From contig NC_081333.1 in assembly GCF_022539665.2 (NCBI RefSeq), forward strand, positions 4,588,001-4,652,000: a stretch of DNA of 64,000 nucleotides, given 5' to 3'. Below are positions 52,483 through 64,000 of the stretch, in pieces; the stretch's first letter is position 1; each line of letters opens with the position of its first letter. The notes under the pieces were generated by a model, which was not told the origin of the DNA, ran no database searches, and saw nothing but the letters and a program-made list of their open reading frames with translations. The position numbers were made by a program, and so were the translations under genes. This DNA comes from Daphnia carinata (Eukaryota).

Positions 52483-55400
52483 GGGGTTGAAAGGACCGGC
52501 ATCTCGTCTGCATTCAGGCCAGTAAGGGCAGACCGCACGTGCAGTTGTTAAGTGCCACAAACGTGAGGACAAGTGATTGAGTGAAAGAGATGAATAAAAA
52601 AAAAAAAAAGAGGGAACGGAGAGAGAAAAAAAAAGGAGTGATGTGCTTGTGAATCTGTGAAATACACTGGTAAAAAAAGAAAAAAAAGAAAGAAAAAAAA
52701 AATTGAGAAAAAAATGGTCATCGGCTTGGGGTTTTTTTTTCCACGTAGCACTCCATTGTGTGTCCCATCTGGTGGCCTCGGAACTTCACACAGCAGCGCA
52801 AAAATGGACCCGCCCATTCACCACTCAAGTCCAGCTGTCCCACTCGTCAGAATTTTTCATCATTTCCATAATATCACTCTCGTCGCCAGGCTCGTATCCT
52901 CCCTTTTTTTTTTTTTTACACGACTCACAAGTGTGTATTGCGGTTTAAGCGCTATGCCACTCTATGACTCGATGGTTTGTTTTTAAACATCACTGTTCAT
53001 TTCTTTGCATCACCTGAATGACATTGAATTCGCTTTAGCCCCATTTGCGGCAAACTATACGCCTATAAGTTTGCTATTTCTAATTGCTTTTCAAATGGGA
53101 TGTTAACACAGAGGTACACGTATCGGTTAAATAGGCCATGACTCATACGGTGATCCACACATTTTACGATCCCGCCGTGTAGTCGAACAATCTTATGTTA
53201 CAACCCAAAGCAAAGAGAAAAGCTTCCGAGCAAACAAACGAGAAAAACAAAACAAACTTTTCAAAAAAAAAATGTATACAATAATAAATAAACGAAATTG
53301 ACGATAAAGAAGATTGGAATGACGAAAGAAATTAAAAAATTTTCATTTTGTCGAAGGATTTTATTCCGTTAAAATTATCATGTAGGCCTAGTTTGTAAAT
53401 CGTTTAAACCAGGTACTCCCTTCCAAAAAAAATTTAAAAACATCAAAACAATTAAATTGAAGTTGACAATAGTTCCATGACGGGATGGAAGGGCTTAAGC
53501 AGTGCAACGAGAGAACGAAAACGCTTGGCACAGTTGGATGAAAATCTATACCCTCTATCCATTAGGATCGGCGCGTGTCACCAGCAACTCGAGTCCTACG
53601 GACGAAGGGCGGCTCATGACTTCGTTGGCGGCTTTCGAGTTTCGCCCAGTTTTTTTTTTTTTTTACATCAGTAGCGCCACCGTTGGCAGGGAGGGAGAGT
53701 TGCCCGGTGGGAAATGGGGGGGGGGGGTCTTCATGCATTGCAAACGGACCATTTCAGCCGTGCGTAATCCACTCTTTATGGATCGCCCCGTGTCCCAGCA
53801 GTGCACGTTTACCTTGTTGATCCTGCGCTAAAAGCAGACTCAATCCAGCTACGCGAGCAATCGACGCATCCATCGTCTCTCGTTGCCACTTGCATTAGAT
53901 TATAACGTGAGCATCATGCATGTGTGCGATGGGGTTGTATTTTTTTAATGCAGAATGCCGCAACGCTCGGTTCCATTATCTCGTCAACTCTGGTTTTTTC
54001 TTTTTTGCTTGTTTTTTTTTTTTTTTTTTTGGTTATCATTTCACTGTTAAAACGGGAGCAGCGTGACTACAATGAGTCTGATAAGATTAAATGTTTCACT
54101 GGGCATAAAGCTCTTTTACGAACGAGCGTTTTGCCTAGTTTGTTAACCTAATTCAATCTTAGCATAACAACCGGCGCACCTTTTTACTTAGGCCGTTCTG
54201 TTTTTTGCTCAACGTATGTTCGTTAAGAGTCGACGGCTTCATTTTGTACATGTACCTGTCTTCTACGTTGGTCTTACGCGTACAACAAAGTTTAGCGTTG
54301 GACTTTATTTTTTGGAGGGCGGGTAGGGGTTAAGGGCTTTAGCTGTTCAGAACAAACATGAACCTCCAAAATTGACTTTATCTATATCAATATGTGATTA
54401 CCTCTCCTGTTTTATGCCTACCGTGTATCGAATGAGGTACACGTGTCTGACTTGTCCTTTGCCTTATCCATAATCTAAAAAAAGAAATGCTACAGGTACA
54501 CAAGATGCGATGGTAGTGATTATAACATTGGAAATGTATTGAATTGGGCTTTTTTTTTTATTTTGTCCTCTTACGCAGCATATCTAACCAACACACAGTG
54601 CGGCTGTCATTCGCCTCACGAGTGAAAGAATGGGGCAAAATATCGTAATTGACCAAAGTTTACTTATGCTTGTGGCGAGCATATCCCGAGTTTATTGGGA
54701 ACAGAATTTGTGTTCGAAACTGAAACGAACAAACAGTTATTTGTTGAAAAACAAATGTTTAAGCGATTCCGTGTTAGGGGAAAATTCCTATAACGGTGCA
54801 AGTGCGTATCGAGAGATTGAGAGGGGTGGAGGGCTTGAGATAGAATGATAGATATTTAATTATTTATTGACTCAGACGTACCGATAAAATGGAGGAAAAA
54901 AGAAACCTGCTACTTATCGTATCAGACAAGTCCAGACTTGAACATACGAAGTTTTATCGCTAAGCGAGCTCAATGGACTGTAGTACACGAACAAACAAAC
55001 TTTACATATGTATAATTAATTTGTTCAAGAATTCTTTGTGTGATTTTAGATTGACACCTCGGTGAAAAGGTTATTTTTTTTTGTCTCGTGTTAAGTTATG
55101 CATAGGCCTAATTGGTTGACGTGTTCGATAAAATGCCGTCGTAAAATCTCTTTAATGAACAATGAACTTATGTTCTTCCCTTGACCATTTCCAATTGACA
55201 CATAATTTTTGTTAGTTTTATTTGTAAACCTGATTGTTATCACACGTTCCTTAAAGATTTCTACAATAAACTCAAAACCGGCCATTAATTCAAAAATCCC
55301 GATATTGCCATCGAAGTTTTAGATGAATCATCGTAATTGAAATTTTGTATAAGCGCTATAAAAAGGGATTAAAAGGTGTAGGGGAGGAGGTAAAGTAGAA

Positions 55401-57617
55401 TAAGGGATAGGATAGATCGTAAAGGAAATTTGTCAGTTGCGCAGTGTTGTTAGGTCTACTTGCTTCTTCATGGAGGCTTACAGCCAGAATATGTGGAATA
55501 CGCAATACCCATACGGATTTGCTTGTAATCTCATTCTCATTGGTTCTGTATTTTAAACTCTCTCCCTCCTCCTCCCCCTCGCCATCACCACCATTTCAAA
55601 TTATTGACAACGTTTGACGAGAGACGTCGACCAGCAAACGATGGCTGTGCTTTGGAACAGCAGTTCAGATAGGTACGACTCCCTGTCCCGTTTCGATATG
55701 GTTGTCTTTAATGCGGCATTTTAGGTGATTGTAGTAGGTCTTTTTAGGGTGGAGTTGTGTCCTGGCTTTTCGTTGATCGATTAGATATGCCTCCTAGAAA
55801 GAAAAAAAAAATAAGGGGGGGTCGCTCTGAGTATTCTTTTGGAGATTACGCTTGATGGTCCCATTCCTTTCCCTTCAATCTCTCTAGGGTCCTTGGTTTA
55901 AAGAATTTCAAAGTAGACCGTCCATAATTATTTCTGTCTGATAGTTCCACTGTGTATTTTTTACATATTATTCACTCCGGAACAAGTTTCCTTTTTTTTT
56001 TCCTTTCTTTCCCCTTTTTTCTAACCAGAAAAATCAAAACATAAAGTGGTATTAGTTTTAGACTAGCTTTAAACTAGCATAAATGCTAAATTGTATAACA
56101 AAGAAAGTTGGCATAGACAATAAGGCAAATATTGGAACACATATCTTTTTACTTTTTTTTAAGGTGTTGATAATTTTTTGTAATTCATTATTTCTTTGGG
56201 AATCCTATGGCAGTGACACACGAAAAAAATAAAATAAATGCAGGAACTAAACCTGGTTTAAGGCGTATAATAATAAAGCTGTTTTTTTTTCAACACAGAC
56301 GAGAATAGGCCTATAGCTAGAAGCTGAGGTAAAACCTCTTCAGGCGCTTGACGTGCATCGATGTGACAAATACCATTAAAAGCTTAAAGAAGGCAACATA
56401 AATAAATCGTTGACGTGTTCTATGTAGTCAAATCACCTTTTGTGTATTTTCTTATATGCAATCCAAATCTGTGATAACTAACAACAATTATCGGTCGTAT
56501 ATTATAGCTGATATACATCTTTTACACACGATGTGCGAGTAGCACAATTTACATGTACTTTAAAACATTGGGTAGCGTAGATTTTTCTTCACTATTTGTT
56601 TTGTAGAATCTATTTCAAACGCAATCGCTTTTTTCGTTCACCTTTCTTCGACCGTTTCTTATCACAACATTATGAATGCCTAATCATCTGTCAACTTGCT
56701 TAAAAACAAGAAGAAAGGAAATGTGCTAATTCTTCCTATTTAATGTGAAGGTAAAAATGTTCATCGAATTAACGTTACAGGGAGCTGAATCGATTGATGT
56801 TGTACGTCGGCTTGAAAGAACAATCGATGTAGCGCTAGCCATAACGTCATTTCTTGTTCACTTGAGTGGGACTCCATTGCCACTATAAAAGACACGACAA
56901 CAGACTACCCACTTCTATGAAAGCGAAACAAAATAATTGTTTAGTCTTATTTGAGTTGTCTTTTGGGCTGTGAATGTTTATTCCGAATTGTTGGCATTTG
57001 GACTATCGACGGCGTGACCAGAGAAGCGTATAGATGATGCCCGATAGAATCCAGATGCACTTTTCACATGCCTCTTATTTTGGTATCTTTGCGCTGTAGT
57101 TGGCCGTCTATATCACAGCAGCTCTTGCACCTTCTCATTCCTGCTATTCTTTCGTTCCCTCGCTCTTACTTTGCTCTGCTTTTTCCTACTCGATTATTGA
57201 CCTCATGGCTAATATTTATAGATGGATCTTAGATCAACAAGATTTTTTCTTTTTCTTTTATTTTGCTTCATTTTTTTTTTCTCGGTCGCCGGCCCGCTCT
57301 AAAATAAGCGGAGCACGATGCGCCTATATAAGAGCATAATTACATCAATGCAAACACACACGCGTTATGGTTTTTCTAGATAAGATGCGTTCTGTGTGGT
57401 TTCCCACCACTATCATCGTGGCGCACGTACCACCGAAAAAAAAAACGGGAGACGGACGTTTATGATTGATTTTTATTGATGTCTAGTTATATCAGTGGGA
57501 CGTCTCTTTCGCAGAGCTTCTGAAAGATTGATAGTTCCTCTTTTCCCGCATAATCGTTAAAACATCAGCGTGGCAGTTACCAATTTTCGTATTAGTTGTA
57601 AGACATTATTATTTAAA

Positions 57618-57644
57618 AATAATAATAATAATAATAATAATAAT
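57618..57644. repeat. (AAT)n microsatellite
   Basis: Nine AAT units. Confidence 0.9.
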
Positions 57645-60600
57645 ATAATAAGCAAGATGTCGCAAAATAAAATTTTTTGCGCTATCGATCGACTGATGGT
57701 TAGTTCTCGGGACTCGCCTAAAAATATCGACATCCTTTCGTTTTCAGGTTTTATTTTCTATTTTTTAAATATTTTTATTTTATGTTCGGTTGCACATACG
57801 TAAGATATTTGTATATCTGAGATGACGGACGATTAACTATCGTCGTCAAACCTTCCTTGAACAATCCTTCTTGGATTAAACAACGGCTAAATCACTTTCT
57901 TTTTCAAAAATAAAACGAAAAATAGTAAAAAATGGGCACTTCCAATGTGAATAACGTAACCAATATCATATATTATTTTACTTTATTTTGCTCACCTTTT
58001 TTTTTTTAGCTTTTGTCGATAGATGTTTGGGAGGGTAATGGTAAACGGCAGCTGTTTATTATCTCGACAGAGGGTGGCGCGGTATTAGGCCACATTTTCG
58101 ACTATCAGAAAGAAACGAAAATGGAGGGGGCTGAGTTTGGCTGTGTTACGTGCTAAACAGTGTGCTTTTTAGGTGACAGTGTGGACAAAAGACGGGCTGA
58201 CAGGAGGAAGAAAAGCTGGGAGGGGAGCAAGCGAACGCTAACTTGAAAAAGGTTACGTTTATTAGACCTCTGCTATCTGTACACAGCCCATAGCATAACG
58301 CATAGTCTGTTACACCTAGATCTAACAGCCTGCAGTGAAGGATACAAAAAGTATAAGCAAACGAAGTGAAAAGAGGCTTGGAAACTAAGGGAAGGTGAAG
58401 GAAGTCCCCCACAAAAAAGGAGAAAAAAAAAATTAAAAAAAAGAAAAAAAAAAATTGGGAAAATGGTTTGTGTGGTCTAAGCCAATTCTATTATACAAAC
58501 ATAAAGAGACTTGCTTATTCAGCCACCTTCAATGGGCCGTGAAATGTGTCGCTGGGTTGTTGATTGTATAGGTTTCCAGAAAGCTGCCCATTCATTCGCG
58601 GCCCGAGTCCTGACACTCCTCACATTATTATTACACCATTGGATGTAAAGCGATCGAGCCAAGAAGCGAATGGTCTACTCTTCTTTTCTCCCCTATATAA
58701 TGTGCGCAGAACATTGACGCAAGAAAAGACTAGACAAATGACGACAAATTCCGGAAATCCACTGCATTTTTTTTTATTGCCCGCAACGAATAGACTCGTC
58801 CGTTAGAGATGCCACTGTGTAACGTCATTTGACCAGCGCGCATGCCGTAGCCTCCAACTTATCGATCATTCAGGTGAATAGTTTCACCTCACGCCTTTTC
58901 TATGTACTTCCTCTGTGTAAGGTTATACCCCATCGCAGCCCGTCTCTTGTTCAACTAGGGCTGGACATTTACCCCACTCGTTCAATGGCCAGACCACTAC
59001 AATGGCCGATGATAGCCGTTCAACACATTTTCTATAACAAAGTTTTGAAATCGAGCTGCCATTCATCACGTGAAGAATGTGGTCGAAAAATGTGCCAAGA
59101 AAGGTTTTACGACTATTGTCACGATTGCGTAATAGCGAAATTCTCGTCATCGTCCAGCCATTTGGCTAGATAGCTGCATGTTTATTGGAATAATGTGTAC
59201 ACCAAGCGTAAGATACCTAGTGAATTTTGCATAAACGCTACGTGACACCAACAAATGTTTATAGCTTGTTTAATAGTTGTGATGTACTGCGTGAACCTAT
59301 GTACGTCTGCTTTAAAACAAAAAAATTATAAGGGAAACTTAATACTCCGCCGATGATGATTCCACTTATGGGATGTGCAGGCAAAAGTTTCGGAAACTTC
59401 GCTATATCCCACAACTTTCCGTAGCGTTTGCTAAAATTTATGGATTTCCTGGATGAGGCTAACATAACGAGAATTTGCTTAATTCTAAATTTAAGATAAA
59501 TGTAAAGGTAATGTAGTAGGAAACATGTAATGCCATCATTTTTTTGTTCTCTTTAAACGATCAAACTTGTCATTAAATTTAAAAAAAATCTATCGAAAAC
59601 TATTGTATTGAGGATAGGTCTATACATTTTCTTGCCTTACTACTGGCCGTCCAATACGACAACAACATATGGATAAATGGCCTTACAATTAATTGAACGG
59701 CACATTCTTTCGTTTTCCCTTTGTAGCTCTTTATCTTTCTTATAACTCACATTTCTCCATCGTTTCCATGTACGAGCACAGTTCTTCTTCAAATAATGAA
59801 ACGAGGGGGTTTCGACCTGCAGCCAGGGCGCTATGATTTTCCAATACATTAGCCACCATTTAGCCTTTCCATAGAGAAATAATCATCACTCAGGTTGTTC
59901 GAGCCTCGCCATTCGATACGCTATTCGATACCCTTTATTAAAGCTTTGACTTCCAACGCCCTTCAATGTAAAAAAAAAAAAAAAAAGAAGAAACCCGAGC
60001 ACAGCACAAAAGCCTGTCAACCTGGTTCAACTCTTCTTTTTTTTTTTTTTTACCTTCGCTTTTGTAGTCGACCATGTACCATCATTGACCATTTCAGGTA
60101 AACTACAGCGGTTTGAGTTTTGAAAAAAAAAAATAGGTTTGCTTTTGTGGGCATGTAGGACTTTGGAAGGAGAGAACTAAAAAAAAAATAAAAAAATACA
60201 GGAAACGTGAAGAGAAACGAAGCTTTTTGATAAGGGCGAAAGAAAAAGCAAAAGTGTCCAACTGCACGTGCGCGGATCACTCCTTCGACGACACAGTAAG
60301 GTCGTCCACGATGCCTCCTCCCTCTTCTGTTTGATTACAAATGAAAAAAAGAAAAAAAAGGATGAAAGGCGCGGAAGAGTTCGTGCTCGACGAAGAGATA
60401 CCTTTGCCGATGGTACAATGCGTAGCACTTTACCTGCTACTGAACGTGTATTTGCTGTTGCTTTGTCCGTTTTTTTTTGTCCCTTCTTTTCTGCGCGCAC
60501 TCGCTACACACACGTACAATACATTTCAATTTTTTATTTATTTTTTTTTTTTTCTCTTTTTCTTTGGGCTTTTTGGGCGGGAGCCAATTAACCGGTGATT

Positions 60601-62389
60601 TCACAGGTCAACTGAACAAGGTCGTCTTTTTTTTCCCAAAGCCAAGAGGGAGATTGCAATTGGCAAACAATCTCAGTGAGTTGCTGTCACCAAGTAGTAG
60701 GGCGGGTATCGATCACTAGTCAGCAGCGCACCCAAGAAAAAAAACAACGTTCATACCACCGCCGCATTGGCAACGTTTTCAACTGACTAAATAACCTTAC
60801 AATAAATAAGTTTCAACCGACTTTGGTTACAATTGAAATTCTAAGAGATGCGTAGGTCGCATTGTGCTTTAAATCTACAATAATAAACTTCTTTAAAAAA
60901 AAAATATGTCATATTAGCTGATATAGTTTCTACCTAATCAAAGTGGAAGTTAATAGCGATGGTAAATTGGACAAGACGAACATACTCTCTCGCTACATGT
61001 TTGCCCGTTAGAGTTTACTAGAACTGTTTACAATCCACCAAGAAATACTCGGTGCAAACTTCGGTATAGAATGGCCGTTAATCGACGGAGGGTGGAATTT
61101 TACTCATTGTGGTTGCTCGACGTTCCCATTGTTTTTTTTCCAAGTTGTTGTCAACAAGTCAGTTGTATGGGAAAAAAACGAATTTCATGTTCGCACCCGC
61201 ATGCAACGGGTTGTGCTGAAACAATAAAAACGTCTTCAAGAAATCAGAACTCTTTATTCAACTTTCAATGTCTTTAAGAAACCAATTCTCTTCATGAACT
61301 CAAAAGGCGCGGATGACATAAATGACAGGTAAGAAAAGGGACTGCTTTGCGTTCGCTTACACACGTTGTCTTATGGCATGTCTATAACATTTGTGGCATA
61401 TCGATTTGTAAGGGTCATTTATAATAGCTTTATCGAGAAACGAAACCCATGCATAGTGACGAAGACGAAAAGGGAACTTCACGTGAGCAGCCTAATATTT
61501 AAGTAATATCCGTATATTCTTAAGATGTGATGCTTTGTTTTGAAAATTTGAACTAGGCCTCTAGATTTTCAGTATTCACTACTACAGAAGACAGTCGATT
61601 TTTAAATAGCTTACTCATCGCCCCAATAGCCAAAACCCGAAGCTAACTATTAATTATCAATTTACAATCGCGCTAGCTATTAATGAGAGTATAGCGTTTT
61701 AACGAAATTTTTGGGGTATTAGACGCACAACTACGTAAAGCTCTTATTATTAAGTGCTTACAGAAATTCAAACAAAAAAAAAAAATAATCAGCTAAATAA
61801 ACCAATAAAAAATTGGGATAAAAATTGCGTGGTCCAATACTAATGATAGCACCCAGAACCGTAGGTCTGGGTCCTCATAAATTAGAGCCAATCGCCGTAA
61901 TTTCTATTAATTCCTCCTTTTTTTTCTTTTTATTGCGTTGCCGTTAGGCCACATGCTAGGTTGCATTATTTGCCATGGGAAAATCTGTGTCTACATATTA
62001 CAGGTGCTACCAGAGTACGGGAGGGAATGTGTCAGGTGCATGAAAGTGAAAAAGAGAGCCAACCACCCGTCAGCGATCACACGTCACACCCATCGGCCTC
62101 GATGCGACACATCAAATTTGTCACGTCCTCCACCCCCCAAGTATAAACCCCTCCATCCTCTGTTTCTCGGCCTCTACCATGCCATACTTCTACCATCGTT
62201 CTCCCTTTGTTTATAAGAACTTTCGTCGCGAAAAAAAAATAAAATATATAATCCATCGACGGACGACAGAGTGCGTGTACAACAGCTCAGTACGATAGTG
62301 TGAAGCCCGGAACAGAAATGGACGGTAGGGCCATAGCAGAGGCCGTCACTTATAATTTGTATTGGTCATTAGCAACGCGTAGAGCTCTG

Positions 62390-62421
<32 letters not shown>

Positions 62422-64000
62422 TTCGGGTGACACAACTGTCTGGTGATAGAAGAACACGCATGTACTACACTCGTGTCGTGCCCTTTGTTCAATTTTTACA
62501 CATGCAATTGTTTATGTTTATCATAGGGAATATGGAAGAATAGCGTGTGTGCTTTGTCATTCTCTTCCCTTCTATTAACGACCGGTACACTATATACTAG
62601 GTCTATGTCGTATTTACCCCTTCCCGCTTTTACGTGTGTACAATTTATTGTTCATTGATGTACTGCCCTATCGCTACGTAGCGCCGCTCTTCTGCTACCG
62701 GCGGACACCCGCCAACACTCATCACGCATTTATGATTTTTCTTAAGGCTAGCACACTATATACACTGACCGACTTTCCCAATCAGGCTTTAGATCCAATC
62801 TTTGGCGTTCGAAACAACGCATTTATAAAAACGGAACACGCAATACAACGCCACGTGTTAGAGTATAGGCCTATAGATTTGTGTGCTAATTCCTTGATTT
62901 ATAATTTTTTTTTTGTTGACACACGATAGCACAGTCGTAAATTTTGTGATGGTAACTCATTAATCCGGATATTATGATCTGGAAAGATGGTTAATCGTGA
63001 GCTGTCAATCGGTGAATCTAGTAAACCCATTTACCATACAGATATTGCTTTAAAAGTACTACCAAAGGTTCTTATTGGTCCATTAAATGTGACTTAGCCT
63101 GCCATGATTGATGACGTCTAAGACAGTGCCGTAAATTGATCGATGGTTTATATCGCGGACAACTTGGGAATAAGCAAATTTAAAATAAAAAAAAATTCCA
63201 GCACAGGTAATTCCGTTTGCATCTTTTGTTTTTACATAGCCTTACATACATCACTTTAAATTTTAATTATTTACCTCTAACACAGCTGGATTAGAAGATG
63301 ACAGCGCCTCTACTTGCTGCCGAAACATGTGCTTCCGCGAAATGAACAACTCAAGTACCTCGATATCTTGCTGATGTGAGTAAGCCTATAGTGTATAAAG
63401 TCTGTTGTGGTTAATCTGAATATTAAAGTTATATGCTGAAAAGCGCAACGGGACGCGCAGTTATTTCGTCGATGATGGAAATCGAAGAATGTGCCTTTTA
63501 CCTCTAACCGGTAAGTTTTCCTTATGATGACGTATAAGTTTGAATTAATTCCGGCGGCGTGTAAGCAAAAGGCAAATACGCAGGTTATACAAATACGCAT
63601 AACTTATCAAACGATCACACGGTAGGCTATACACAAACACACACAAAGTTTCGTTTACGGCTGTTGTCCTTTTTCTCTGTACAGCATCGGCTGATATAGA
63701 CGCCATCTCCGTTTATTTTACCAACACAAACTCGTCACTAATAGTGCAGCCCATACATGGCATGCCGTTTGTATTCGAAGCGTCCGTTTTGAAACATTTA
63801 CACATTCTCCTCAAATCATGAACATTTTGTTGGCGTCATTAAAAAGAAGCAGTTGCGCTAGTTGATGATTTGCGTTCCATTCGGCATCCACAACTGGATG
63901 CAAAAAAAACGCATTTCGCACGGGAACTAAATTGAACTAAAATCGTTTTGCAATGCAGCGTTCGAATAATCGCTCGTTAAATACGGTTTTGAATGATCGT

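Noticed and set aside
44300..64000. Dozens of 60-140 aa ORFs rich in F/K runs
   Set aside because: Translations of poly-A/T tracts and microsatellites; no domain-like content or consistent exon chain.

Overview
Eukaryotic genomic DNA from an invertebrate, most likely a crustacean such as Daphnia (AT-rich, many 55-70 nt introns, long A/T runs; inferred, not proven). Four host genes: NK2.2/vnd homeobox (minus, 3 exons), EF1-gamma (minus, 8 exons, with a candidate H/ACA snoRNA in its one enlarged intron), GPS2 (plus) and fork head/FoxA (plus, 3 exons), followed by ~20 kb without recognisable coding sequence. Between GPS2 and FoxA lies a nested transposon complex. A DIRS1-type tyrosine-recombinase retrotransposon (18799-32240) has intact ORFs, ITRs and ICR. 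Two CCC-ended CACTA/CMC-type elements with 2-bp TSDs sit in its short ICR-to-right-ITR spacer. One (23151-26220) carries an intron-containing copy of the claudin gene pickel/megatrachea plus a probable PfkB-kinase exon (Pack-type gene capture); the other (26312-32053) contains a hAT element with an 8-bp TSD. The most notable observations are this gene-capturing nest, the tight head-to-head NK2.2-FoxA linkage, and the intronic snoRNA candidate. All boundaries were read by eye; family assignments rest on recalled motifs, not database searches.
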